64,000 bases of DNA, taken from positions 15,810,001 through 15,874,000 of the forward strand of contig JBHGNT010000020.1 of assembly GCA_043228905.1 (NCBI GenBank). The letters run 5' to 3'. Origin of the DNA: Azolla caroliniana (taxonomy: Eukaryota; Plantae; Polypodiophyta). Both the position numbers and the translations under genes were made by a program. The notes beneath the pieces are model-generated. The model was not told the DNA's origin. It worked only from the letters and a program-made list of their open reading frames with translations, and ran no database searches. Shown one piece after another: positions 38,801 through 52,368 of this stretch. The stretch's first letter is position 1. Each line of letters starts with the position of its first letter.

Positions 38801-41800
38801 GTTTCAAAATCTTGATTTTCTAATTCCATATCATAGCTAGCATTGTTATCTTCGATAGGCATCTTTGAACACAAAAATCCGATATCACACGAGCCAGGTA
38901 TGACCATTTTAATTTACTCACGGGCTCTTCTCAACTCCCTCCTCAAATTTGCTAATTTCTTCATGTCTCTCGACCTGAGTTTCAAAATCTTGACTTTTTA
39001 ATTCCATAAGATAGGTAGCGTTCTTAGCTTCGATTCGCATCTTTGAACACAAAAATCCGATATCACACGAGCTAGGTATGACCATTTTAATTTACTCACG
39101 GGCTCTTCTCAAGTCCCTCCTCAAAATTGCTAATTCCTTCATGTCTCTTGACCTGAGTTTCAAAATCTTGTTTTCTTAATTCCATGTCATAGCTAGGGTT
39201 GTGAGCTTCGATTCGCATGTTTGAACACAAAAATCCGATGTCACACGAGCCAGGTATGACCATTTTACTTTACTCACGGGCTCTTGTCAACGCCCTCCTC
39301 AAATTTGCTAATTTCTTCATGTCTCTCGACCTGAGTTTCAAAATCTTGATTTTCTAATTCCATAAGATAGCTAACGTTGTTAGCTTCGATTCGCATGTTT
39401 GAACACAAAAATCCGATATCACACGAGCCAGGTATGACCATTTTAATTTACTCACAGGCTCTTCTCAACTCCCTCCTCAAATTGGCTAATTCCTTCATGT
39501 CTCTCGACCTGAGTTTCAAAATCTTGACTTTTTAATTCCATAAGATAGCTAGGGTTGTGAGTTTCGATTTGCATGTTTGATCACAAAAATCCATTATCAC
39601 ACGAGCCAGGTATGAACATTTTAATTTACTCACGGGCTCTTCTCAACTCCCTCCTCAAATTTGCTAATTTCTTCACGTCTCTTGACCTGAGTTTCAAAAT
39701 CTTGATTTTGTAATTCCATGTCATAGCTAGGGTTGTGAGCTTCGATTCGCATGTTGGAACTCAAAAATCCGATATCACACGAGCCAGGTATGACCATTTT
39801 AATTTACTCACGGGCTCTTGTCAACTCCCTCCTCAAATTTGCTAATTTCTTCATGTCTCTCGACCTGAGTTTCCAAATCTTGATTTTTAAATTCAATAAG
39901 ATAGCTAGCTTTGTGAGCTTCGATTTGCATGTTTGATCACAAAAATCCATTATCACACGAGCCAGGTATGAACATTTTAATTTACTCACGGGCTCTTCTC
40001 AAGTCCCTCCTCAAATTTGCTAATTTCTTCATGTCTCTCGACCTGAGTTTCAAAATCTTGAGTTTTTAATTCCATGTCATAGCTAGAGTTGTTATCTTCG
40101 ATTCGCATGCTCGAACACAAAAATTTGATGTCACACGAGCCAGGTATGACCATTTTAATTTACTCACGGGCTCTTCTCAAGTCCCTCCTCAAATTTGCTA
40201 ATTTTTTCATGTCTCTCGACCTGAGTTTCAAAATATTGATTTTTAAATTCAATAAGATAGCTAGCTTTGTTAGCTTCGATTTGCATCTTTGAACACAAAA
40301 ATCCGATATTACACGACCGAGGTATGACCATTTTAATTTACTCATGGGCTCTTCTCAAGTCCCTCCTCAAATTTGCTAATTCCTTCATGTCTCTTGACCT
40401 GAGTTTCAAAATCTTGATTTTCTAATTCCATGTCATAGCTAGGGTTGTGAGCTTCGATTCGCATGTTTGAACACAAAAATCCGATATCACACGAGCCAGG
40501 TATGACCATTTTAATTTACTCACGGGCTCTTGTCAACTCCCTCCTCAAATTTGCTAATTGCTTCATGTCTCTCGACCTGAGTTTCAAAATCTTGATTTTT
40601 TAATTCCATAAGATAGCTAGCGTTGTTAGCTTCGATTCGCATCTTTGAACACAAAAATCCGATATCACACGAGCCAGGTATGACAATTTTAATTTACTCA
40701 CAGGCTCTTTTCAAGTCCCTCCTCAAATTGGATAATTCCTTCATGTCTCTCGACCTGAGTTTCAAAATCTTGATTTTTTAATTCCATAAGATAGCTAGGG
40801 TTGTGAGCTTCGATTTGCATGTTTGATCAAAAAAATCCATTATCACACGAGCCAGGTATGAACATTTTAATTTACTCACGGGCTCTTCTCAACTCCCTCC
40901 TCAAATTTGCTAATTTCTTCACGTCTCTTGACTTGAGTTTCAAAATCTGGATTTTTTAATTCCATGTCATAGCTAGGGTTGTGAGCTTCGATTCGCATGT
41001 TTGAACACAAAAATCCGCTATCACACGAGCCAGGTATGACCATTTTAATTTACTCACGGGCTCTTGTCAACTCCCTCCTCAAATTTGCTAATTTCTTCAT
41101 GTCTCTCGACCTGAGATTCAAAATCTTGATTTTTTAATTCCATAAGATAGCTCGCGTTGTTAGCTTCGATTCGAATGTTTGAACACAAAAATCCGATATC
41201 ACACGAGCCAGGTATGAACATTTTAATTTACTCACGGGCTCTTCTCAACTCCCTCCTCAAATTTGCTAATTCCTTCATGTCTATCGACCTGAGTTTGAAA
41301 ATCTTGTTTTTTTAAATCCATATCATAGCTAGCATTGTGAGCTTCGATACGCATGTTTGAACACAAAAATCCGATATCACACGAGCCAGGTATGACCATT
41401 TTAATTTACTCACGGGCTCTTCTCAACTCCCTCCTCAAATTTGCTAATTTCTTCATGTCTCTCGACCTGAGTTTCAAAATCTTGATTTTTTAATTCCATA
41501 AGATAGCTAGCGTTGTTAGCTTCGATTCGCATCTTTGAACACAAAAATCCGATATCACACGAGCCAGGTATGACCATTTTAATTTACTCACGGGTTCTTC
41601 TCAACTCCCTCCTCAAATTGGCTAATTCCTTCATGTCTCTCGACCTGAGTTTCAAAATCTTGATTTTTTAATTCCATAAGATAGCTAGCGTTGTTAGCTT
41701 CGATTCGCATCTTTGAACACAAAAATCCGATATCACACGAGCCAGGTATGACCATTTTAATTTACTCACGGGTTCTTCTCAACTCCCTCCTCAAATTGGC

Positions 41801-44800
41801 TAATTCCTTCATGTCTCTCGACCTCAGTTTCAAAATCTCGATTTTCTAATTCCATAAGATAGCTAGCGTTGTTAGCTTCGATTCGCATCTTTGAACACAA
41901 AAATCCGATATCACACGAGCTAGGTATGACCATTTTAATTTACTCACGGGCTCTTCTCAACTCCCTCCTCAAATTTGCTAATTTCTTCATGTCTCTCGAC
42001 CTGAGTTTCAAAATCTTGACTTTTTAATTCCATAAGATAGCTAGCGTTCTTAGCTTCGATTCGCATCTTTGAACACAAAAATCCGATATCACACGAGCTA
42101 GGTATGACCATTTTAATTTACTCACGGGCTCTTCTCAAGTCCCTCCTCAAATTTGCTAATTCCTTCATGTCTCTTGACCTGAGTTTCAAAATCTTGATTT
42201 TTTAATTCCATAAGATAGCTAGGGTTGTTAGCTTCGATTCGCATCTTTGAACACAAAAATCCGATATCACACGAGCTAGGTATGACCATTTTAATTTACT
42301 CACGGGCTCTTCTCAACTCCCTCCTCAAATTTGCTAATTTCTTCATGTCTCTCGACCTGAGTTTCAAAATCTTGACTTTTTAATTCCATAAGATAGCTAG
42401 CGTTCTTAGCTTCGATTCGCATCTTTGAACACAAAAATCCGATATCACACGAGCTAGGTATGACCATTTTAATTTACTCACGGGCTCTTCTCAAGTCCCT
42501 CCTCAAATTTGCTAATTCCTTCATGTCTCTTGACCTGAGTTTCAAAATCTTGATTTTTTAATTCCATAAGATAGCTAGGATTGTGAGCTTTGATTCGCAT
42601 GTTTGAACACAAAAATCCGATATCACACGAGCCAGGTATGAACATTTTAATTTACTCACGGGCTCTTTTCAACTCCCTCCTAAAATTTGCTAATTTCTTC
42701 ATGTCTCTTGACCTGAGTTTCAAAATCTTGATTTTTTAATTCCATGTCATAGCTAGGGTTGTGAGCTTCGATTCGCATGTTGGAACTCAAAAATCCGATA
42801 TCACACGAGCCAGGTATGACCATTTTAATTTACTCACGGGCTCTTGTCAACTCCCTCCTCAAATTTGCTAATTTCTTCATGTCTCTCGACCTGAGTTTCC
42901 AAATCTTGATTTTTAAATTCAATAAGATAGCTAGCTTTGTTAGCTTCGATTTGCATGTTTGATCACAAAAATCCATTATCACACGAGCCAGGTATGAACA
43001 TTTTAATTTACTCATGGGCTCTTCTCAACTCCCTCCTCAAATTTGCTAATTTCTTCATGTCTCTCGACCTGAGTTTCAAAATCTTGAGTTTTTAATTCCA
43101 TGTCATAGCTAGAGTTGTTATCTTCGATTCGCATGTTCGAACACAAAAATTTGATGTCACACGAGCCAGGTATGACCATTTTAATTTACTCACGGGCTCT
43201 TCTCAAGTCCCTCCCCAAATTTGCTAATTTCTTCATGTCTCTCGACCTGAGTTTCCAAATATTGATTTTTAAATTCAATAAGATAGCTAGCTTTGTTAGC
43301 TTCGATTTGCATCTTTGAACACAAAAATCCGATATTACACGACCGAGGTATGACCATTTTAATTTACTCATGGGCTCTTCTCAAGTCCCTCCTCAAATTT
43401 GCTAATTCCTTCATGTCTCTTGACCTGAGTTTCAAAATCTTGATTTTTTAATTCCATGTCATAGCTAGGGTTGTGAGCTTCGATTCGCATGTTTGAACAC
43501 AAAAATCCGATATCACACGAGCCAGGTATGACCATTTTAATTTACTCACGGGCTCTTGTCAACTCCCTCCTCAAATTTGCTAATTTCTTCATGTCTCTCG
43601 ACCTGAGTTTCAAAATCTTGATTTTTTAATTCCATAAGATAGCTAGGGTTGTGAGCTTCGTTATGCATGTTTGAGCACAAAAATCCATTATCACACGAGC
43701 CAGGTATGAACATTTTAATTTACTCACGGGCTCTTTTCAACTCCTTCCTAAAATTTGCTAATTTCTTCATGTCTCTCGACCTGAGTTTCAAAATCTTGAT
43801 TTTTTAATTCCATAAGATAGCTAGCGTTGTTAGCTTCGATTCACATCTTTGAACACAAAAATCCGATATCACACGAGCCAGGTATGACCATTTTAATTTA
43901 CTCACGGGCTCTTGTCAATTCCCTCCTCAAATTTGCTAATTTCTTCATGTCTCTCGACCTGAGTTTCCAAATCTTGATTTTTAAATTCAATAAGATAGCT
44001 AGCTTTGTTAGCTTCGATTTGCATGTTTGATCACAAAAATCCATTATCACACGAGCCAGGTATGAACATTTTAATTTACTCACGGGCTCTTCTCAACTCC
44101 CTCCTCAAATTTGCTAATTTCTTCACGTCTCTTGACCTGAGTTTCAAAATCTTGATTTTTTAATTCCATGTCATAGCTAGGGTTGTGAGCTTCGATTCGC
44201 ATGTTGGAACTCAAAAATCCGATATCACACGAGCCAGGTATGACCATTTAAATTTACTCACGGGCTCTTGTCAACTCCCTCCTCAAATTTGCTAATTTCT
44301 TCATGTCTCTCGACCTGAGTTTCCAAATCTTGATTTTTAAATTCAATAAGATAGCTAGCTTTGTTAGCTTCGATTTGCATGTTTGATCACAAAAATCCAT
44401 TATCACACGAGCCAGGTATGAACATTTTAATTTACTCACGGGCTCTTCTCAAGTCCCTCCTCAAATTTGCTAATTTCTTCATGTCTCTCAACCTGAGTTT
44501 CCAAATATTGATTTTTAAATTCAGTAAGATAGCTAGCTTTGTTAGCTTCGATTTGCATCTTTGAACACAAAAATCCGATATTACACGACCGAGGTATGAC
44601 CATTTTAATTTACTCATGGGCTCTTCTCAAGTCCCTCCTCAAATTTGCTAATTCCTTCATGTCTCTTGACCTGAGTTTCAAAATCTTGATTTTTTAATTC
44701 CATGTCATAGCTAGGGTTGTGAGCTTCGATTCGCATGTTTGAACACAAAAATCCGATATCACACGAGCCAGGTATGACCATTTTAATTTACTCACGGGCT

Positions 44801-47499
44801 CTTGTCAACTCCCTCCTCAAATTTGCTAATTGCTTCATGTCTCTCGACCTGAGTTTCAAAATCTTGATTTTTTAATTCCATAAGATAGCTAGCGTTGTTA
44901 GCTTCGATTCGCATCTTTGAACACAAAAATCCGATATCACACGAGCCAGGTATGACAATTTTAATTTACTTACAGGCTCTTCTCAAGTCCCTCCTCAAAT
45001 TGGATAATTCCTTCATGTCTCTCGACCTGAGTTTCAAAATCTTGATTTTTTAATTCCATAAGATAGCTAGGGTTGTGAGCTTCGATTTGCATGTTTGATC
45101 ACAAAAATCCATTATCACACGAGCCAGGTATGAACATTTTAATTTACTCACGGGCTCTTCTCAACTCCCTCCTCAAATTTGCTAATTTCTTCACGTCTCT
45201 TGACCTGAGTTTCAAAATCTTGATTTTTTAATTCCATGTCATAGCTAGGGTTGTGAGCTTCGATTCGCATGTTTGAACACAAAAATCCGCTATCACACGA
45301 GCCAGGTATGACCATTTTAATTTACTCACGGGCTCTTGTCAACTGCCTCCTCAAATTTGCTAATTTCTTCATGTCTCTCGACCTGAGATTCAAAATCTTG
45401 ATTTTTTAATTCCATAAGATAGCTAGCGTTGTTAGCTTCGATTCGAATGTTTGAACACAAAAATCCGATATCACACGAGCCAGGTATGAACATTTTAATT
45501 TACTCACGGGCTCTTCTCAACTCCCTCCTCAAATTTGCTAATTCCTTCATGTCTATCGACCTGAGTTTCAAAATCTTGTTTTTTTAAATCCATATCATAG
45601 CTAGCATTGTGAGCTTCGATACCCATGTTTGAACACAAAAATCCGATATCACACGAGCCAGGTATGACCATTTTAATTTACTCACGGGCTCTTCTCAACT
45701 CCCTCCTCAAATTTGCTAATTTCTTCATGTCTCTCGACCTGAGTTTCAAAATCTTGATTTTTTAAATCCATAAGATAGCTAGGGTTGTGAGCTTCGATTC
45801 GCATGTTTGAACACAAAAATCCGATATCACACGAGCCAGGTATGACCATTTTAATTTACTCACGGGCTCTTCTCAAGTCCCTCCTCAAATTGGCTAATTC
45901 CTTCATGTCTCTCGACCTGAGTTTCAAAATCTTGATTTTGTAATTCCATAACATAGCTAGGGTTGTGAGCTTCGATTCGCATCTTTGAACACAAAAATCC
46001 ATTGTCACACGAGCTAGGTATGACCATTTTAATTTACTCACGGGCTCTTCTCAACTCCCTCCTCAAATTTGCTAATTTCTTCATGTCTCTCGACCTGAGT
46101 TTCAAAATCTTGAGTTTTTAATTCCATGTCATAGCTAGAGTTGTTATCTTCGATTCGCATGCTCGAACACAAAAATTTGATGTCACACGAGCCAGGTATG
46201 ACCATTTTAATTTACTCACGGGCTCTTCTCAAGTCCCTCCTCAAATTGGCTAATTCCTTCATGTCTCTCGACCTGAGTTTCAAAATCTTGAGTTTTTAAT
46301 TCCATGTCATAGCTAGAGTTGTTATCTTCGATTCGCATGCTCGAACACAAAAATTTGATGTCACACGAGCCAGGTATGACCATTTTAATTTACTCACGGG
46401 CTCTTCTCAAGTCCCTCCTCAAATTTGCTAATTTCTTCATGTCTCTCGACCTGAGTTTCAAAATTTTGAGTTTTTAATTCCATGTCATAGCTATAGTTGT
46501 TATCTTCGATTCGCATGTTTGAACACAGAAATCCGATATCACACGAGCCAGGTATGACCATTTTAATTTACTCAGGGGCTCTTCTCAACTCCCTCCTCAA
46601 ATTGGCTAATTCCTTCATGTCTCTCGAGCTGAGGTTCAAAATCTTGATTTTTTAATTCCATAAGATAGCTAGCGTTGTGAGCTTCGATTCGCATCTTTGA
46701 ACACAAAAATCCGATATCACACGAGCCAGGTATGACCATTTTAATTTACTCACGGGCTCTTGTCAACTCCCTCCTCAAATTTGCTAATTCCTTCATATCT
46801 CTCGACCTGAATTTCAAAATCTTGATTTTTTAATTCCATAAGATAGCTAGCATTGTTAGCTTCGATAAGCATGTTTGAACACAAAAATCCATTATCACAC
46901 GAGCCAGGTATGAACATTTTAATTTACTCAGGGGCTCTTCTCAACTCCCTCCTCAAATTTGCTAATTTCTTCATGTCTCTCGACCTGAGTTTCAAAATCT
47001 TGATTTTTTAATTCCATAAGATAGCTAGCGTTGTTAGCTTCAATTCGCATCTTTGAACACAAAAATCCGATATCACACGAGCTAGGTATGACCATTTTAA
47101 TTTACTCACAGGCTCTTCTCAAGTCCCTCCTCAAATTGGCTAATTCCTTCATGTCTCTCGACCTGAGTTTCAAAATCTTGATTTTTTAATTCCATAAGAT
47201 AGCTAGGGTTGTGAGCTTCGATTTGCATGTTTGATCACAAAAATCCATTATCACACGAGCCAGGTATGACCATTTTAATTTACTCACGGGCTCTTCTCAA
47301 GTCCCTCCTCAAATTTTCTAATTTTTTCATGTCTCTCGACCTGAGTTTCAAAATCTTGATTTTTAAATTCAATAAGATAGCTAGCTTTGTTAGCTTCGAT
47401 TTGCATCTTTGAACACAAAAATCCGATATCACACGAGCGAGGTATGACCATTCTAATTTACTCACGGGCTCTTCTCAAGTCCCTCCTCAAATTTGCTAA

Positions 47500-50400
47500 T
47501 TCCTTCATGTCTCTTGACCTGAGTTTCAAAATCTTGAGTTTTTAATTCCATGTCATAGCTAGAGTTGTTATCTTCGATTCGCATGCTCGAACACAAAAAT
47601 TTGATGTCACACGAGCCAGGTATGACCATTTTAATTTACTCACGGGCTCTTCTCAAGTCCCTCCTCAAATTTGCTAATTTTTTCATGTCTCTCGACCTGA
47701 GTTTCAAAATCTTGATTTTTAAATTCAATAAGATAGCTAGCTTTGTTAGCTTCGATTTGCATCTTTGAACACAAAAATCCGATATCACACGAGCGAGGTA
47801 TGACCATTCTAATTTACTCATGGGCTCTTCTCAAGTCCCTCCTCAAATTTGCTAATTCCTTCATGTCTCTTGACCTGAGTTTCAAAATCTTGAGTTTTTA
47901 ATTCCATGTCATAGCTAGAGTTGTTATCTTCGATTCGCATGTTCGAACACAAAAATTTGATGTCACACGAGCCAGGTATGACCATTTTAATTTACTCACG
48001 AGCTCTTCTCAAGTCCCTCCTCAAATTTGCTAATTTCTTCATGTCTCTCGACCTGAGTTTCAAAATCTTGATTTTTTAATTCCATGTCATAGCTAGGGTT
48101 GTGAACTTCAATTCGCATGTTTGAACACAAAAATCCGATATCACACGAGCCAGGTATGACCATTTTAATTTACTCACGGGCTCTTGTCAACTCCCTCCTC
48201 AAATTTGCTAATTTCTTCATGTCTCTCGACCTGAGTTTCAAAATCTTGATTTTTTAATTCCATAAGATAGCTAGCGTTGTTAGCTTCGATTCGCATCTTT
48301 GAACACAAAAATCCGATATCACACGAGCTAGGTATGACCATTTTAATTTACTCACAGGCTCTTCTCAAGTCCCTCCTCAAATTGGCTAATTCCTTCATGT
48401 CTCTCGACCTGAGTTTCAAAATCTTGATTTTTTAATTCCATAAGATAGCTAGGGTTGTGAGCTTCGATTTGCATGTTTGATCACAAAAATCCATTATCAC
48501 ACGAGCCAGGTATGAACATTTTAATTTACTCACGGGCTCTTCTCAAGTCCCTCCTCAAATTTGCTAATTTCTTCATGTCTCTCGACCTGAGTTTCAAAAT
48601 CTTGAGTTTTTAATTCCATGTCATAGCTAGAGTTGTTATCTTCGATTCGCATGCTCGAACACAAAAATTTGATGTCACACGAGCCAGGTATGACCATTTT
48701 AATTTACTCACGGGCTCTTCTCAAGTCCCTCCTCAAATTTGCTAATTTTTTCATGTCTCTCGACCTGAGTTTCAAAATCTTGATTTTTAAATTCAATAAG
48801 ATAGCTAGCTTTGTTAGCTTCGATTTGCATCTTTGAACACAAAAATCCGATATCACACGAGCGAGGTATGACCATTCTAATTTACTCATGGGCTCTTCTC
48901 AAGTCCCTCCTCAAATTTGCTAATTCCTTCATGTCTCTTGACCTGAGTTTCAAAATCTTGAGTTTTTAATTCCATGTCATAGCTAGAGTTGTTATCTTCG
49001 ATTCGCATGCTCGAACACAAAAATTTGATGTCACACGAGCCAGGTATGACCATTTTAATTTACTCACGGGCTCTTCTCAAGTCCCTCCTCAAATTTGCTA
49101 ATTTTTTCATGTCTCTCGACCTGAGTTTCAAAATCTTGATTTTTAAATTCAATAAGATAGCTAGCTTTGTTAGCTTCGATTTGCATCTTTGAACACAAAA
49201 ATCCGATATCACACGAGCGAGGTATGACCATTCTAATTTACTCATGGGCTCTTCTCAAGTCCCTCCTCAAATTTGCTAATTCCTTCATGTCTCTTGACCT
49301 GAGTTTCAAAATCTTGATTTTTTAATTCCATGTCATAGCTAGGGTTGTGAGCTTTGATTCGCATGTTTGAACACAAAAATCCGATATCACACGAGCCAGG
49401 TATGACCATTTTAATTTACTCACAGGCTCTTCTCAAGTCCCTCCTCAAATTGGCTAATTCCTTCATGTCTCTCGACCTGAGTTTCAAAATCTTGAGTTTT
49501 TAATTCCATGTCATAGCTAGAGTTGTTATCTTCGATTCGCATGTTCGAACACAAAAATTTGATGTCACACGAGCCAGGTATGACCATTTTAATTTACTCA
49601 CGAGCTCTTCTCAAGTCCCTCCTCAAATTTGCTAATTTCTTCATGTCTCTCGACCTGAGTTTCAAAATCTTGATTTTTTAATTCCATGTCATAGCTAGGG
49701 TTGTGAACTTCAATTCGCATGTTTGAACACAAAAATCCGATATCACACGAGCCAGGTATGACCATTTTAATTTACTCACGGGCTCTTGTCAACTCCCTCC
49801 TCAAATTTGCTAATTTCTTCATGTCTCTCGACCTGAGTTTCAAAATCTTGATTTTTTAATTCCATAAGATCGCTAGCGTTGTTAGCTTCGATTCGCATCT
49901 TTGAACACAAAAATCCGATATCACACGAGCTAGGTATGACCATTTTAATTTACTCACAGGCTCTTCTCAAGTCCCTCCTCAAATTGGCTAATTCCTTCAT
50001 GTCTCTCGACCTGAGTTTCAAAATCTTGATTTTTTAATTCCATAAGATAGCTAGGGTTGTGAGCTTCGATTTGCATGTTTGATCACAAAAATCCATTATC
50101 ACACGAGCCAGGTATGAACATTTTAATTTACTCACGGGCTCTTCTCAACTCCCTCCTCAAATTTGCTAATTTCTTCATGTCTCTCGACCTGAGTTTCAAA
50201 ATCTTGAGTTTTTAATTCCATGTCATAGCTAGAGTTGTTATCTTCGATTCGCATGCTCGAACACAAAAATTTGATGTCACACGAGCCAGGTATGACCATT
50301 TTAATTTACTCACGGGCTCTTCTCAAGTCCCTCCTCAAATTTGCTAATTTTTTCATGTCTCTCGACCTGAGTTTCAAAATCTTGATTTTTAAATTCAATA

Positions 50401-50950
50401 AGATAGCTAGCTTTGTTAGCTTCGATTTGCATCTTTGAACACAAAAATCCGATATCACACGAGCGAGGTATGACCATTCTAATTTACTCATGGGCTCTTC
50501 TCAAGTCCCTCCTCAAATTTGCTAATTCCTTCATGTCTCTTGACCTGAGTTTCAAAATCTTGAGTTTTTAATTCCATGTCATAGCTAGAGTTGTTATCTT
50601 CGATTCGCATGCTCGAACACAAAAATTTGATGTCACACGAACCAGGTATGACCATTTTAATTTACTCACGGGCTCTTCTCAAGTCCCTCCTCAAATTTGC
50701 TAATTTTTTCATGTCTCTCGACCTGAGTTTCAAAATCTTGATTTTTAAATTCAATAAGATAGCTAGCTTTGTTAGCTTCGATTTGCATCTTTGAACACAA
50801 AAATCCGATATCACACGAGCGAGGTATGACCATTCTAATTTACTCATGGGCTCTTCTCAAGTCCCTCCTCAAATTTGCTAATTCCTTCATGTCTCTTGAC
50901 CTGAGTTTCAAAATCTTGATTTTTTAATTCCATGTCATAGCTAGGGTTGT
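47500..50950 (+). repeat. Second 9-mer HOR (1602 bp) containing tandem 356-bp dimers
   Basis: GTGAACTTCAATTCG at 48101 and 49703; identical pseudo-ORFs at 48633/48989 and 50235/50591. Confidence 0.8.
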
Positions 50951-52037
50951 GAGCTTCGATTCGCATGTTGGAACACAAAAATCCGATATCACACGAGCCA
51001 GGTATGACCATTTTAATTTACTCACAGGCTCTTCTCAAGTCCCTCCTCAAATTGGTTAATTCCTTCATGTCTCTCGACCTGAGTTTTAAAATCTTGAGTT
51101 TTTAATTCCATGTCATAGCTAGAGTTGTTATCTTCGATTCGCATGTTTGAACACAGAAATCCGATATCACACGAGCCAGGTATGACCATTTTAATTTACT
51201 CAGGGGCTCTTCTCAACTCCCTCCTCAAATTGGCTAATTCCTTCATGTCTCTCGAGCTGAGGTTCAAAATCTTGATTTTTTAATTCCATAAGATAGCTAG
51301 CGTTGTTAGCTTCGATTCGCATCTTTGAACACAAAAATCCGATATCACACGAGCCAGGTATGACCATTTTAATTTACTCACAGGCTCTTCTCAAGTCCCT
51401 CCTCAAATTGGCTAATTCCTTCATGTCTCTCGACCTGAGTTTCAAAATTTTGATTTTTTAATTCCATAAGATAGCTAGGGTTGTGAGCTTCGATTTGCAT
51501 GTTTGATCACAAAAATCCATTATCACACGAGCCAGGTATGAACATTTTAATTTACTCACGGGCTCTTCTCAAGTCCCTCCTCAAATTTGCTAATTTCTTC
51601 ATGTCTCTCGACCTGAGTTTCAAAATCTTGATTTTTTAATTCCATGTCATAGCTAGAGTTGTTATCTTCGATTCGCATGCTCGAACACAAAAATTTGATG
51701 TCACACGAGCCAGGTATGACCATTTTAATTTACTCACGGGCTCTTCTCAAGTCCCTCCTCAAATTTGCTAATTTCTTCATGTCTCTCGACCTGAGTTTCA
51801 AAATCTTGAGTTTTTAATTCCATGTCATAGCTAGAGTTGTGAGCTTCGATTCGCATGTTCGAACACAAAAATCCGGTATCACACGAGCGAGGTATGACCA
51901 TTTTAATTTACTCATGGGTTCTTCTCAAGTCCCTGTCATGAACAGTACTGAGACAGAGAAGGAATTAGTACTAAACGAAGGATTAGTACTATGAGAGGTG
52001 TGGAACTTCTTCGAGAGAAGGAAGAAGTGAGCGAGAC

Positions 52038-52045
<8 letters not shown>

Positions 52046-52069
<24 letters not shown>
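52046..52069. repeat. (GA)n/(CT)n microsatellite in the LTR (also at about 58056-58083)
   Basis: Uninterrupted AG dinucleotide run in both LTR copies. Confidence 0.9.
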
Positions 52070-52090
52070 TGAGTGATGATAAGAAAGATA

Positions 52091-52096
52091 TTTATT
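52091..52096 (-). terminator. Candidate polyadenylation signal AATAAA in the 3' LTR
   Basis: Plus-strand TTTATT, about 60 nt downstream of the inferred U3/R boundary (52155). Confidence 0.5.
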
Positions 52097-52295
52097 ATAT
52101 GAAGAGAATATACAACGGTGGCTAAAAAGGCTTAAGACTGGCGTTGAACCAATTTGGTTCAACATAATGCCTAGTGCCCTCTTTTATAGTGTTTTCAGGA
52201 GTAATCCTGAAGCTTCTAGAATGTTCCAGAGAAATCTGGAATATACACTAATTTCCTATAATAAAATGTAAATGAAAATAATATCCTACGTATTA

Positions 52296-52368
52296 CAATA
52301 GATGGTCTAATGGTCAAGAGCTCGACCCATATAACCTAAGGTCATGGGTTCGAGTCTTGCCATATCAT
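52296..52368 (+). promoter_or_regulatory. Degenerate tRNA-like segment with Pol III A and B boxes, antisense in U3 (3' LTR copy)
   Basis: A box TGGTCTAATGG 52303-52313, B box GGTTCGAGTCT 52347-52357, 33-nt spacing as in tRNA genes; no acceptor stem. Confidence 0.55.

Larger units (their letters stand above)
1182..51933 (+). repeat. 178-bp satellite array, about 285 monomers, probably centromeric
   Basis: Consensus read from the sequence: TTGAACACAAAAATCCGATATCACACGAGCCAGGTATGACCATTTTAATTTACTCACGGGCTCTTCTCAACTCCCTCCTCAAATTTGCTAATTTCTTCATGTCTCTCGACCTGAGTTTCAAAATCTTGATTTTTTAATTCCATAAGATAGCTAGCGTTGTTAGCTTCGATTCGCATCT (178 nt). Centromeric role is inferred only from monomer length, HORs and the chromovirus insertion. 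Confidence 0.98.

Noticed and set aside
1182-51933. Arabidopsis CEN178/CEN180 identity
   Set aside because: Same length, but I see no resemblance to the Arabidopsis consensus as I recall it. A BLAST search would settle this.
1182-51933. CRISPR array
   Set aside because: Continuous tandem monomers with no unique spacers and no cas genes; eukaryotic context.
52296-52368. Functional tRNA gene in the LTR (also 56320-56390 and 58306-58378)
   Set aside because: Acceptor stem does not pair and the T-arm is weak; only promoter boxes and spacing are retained.
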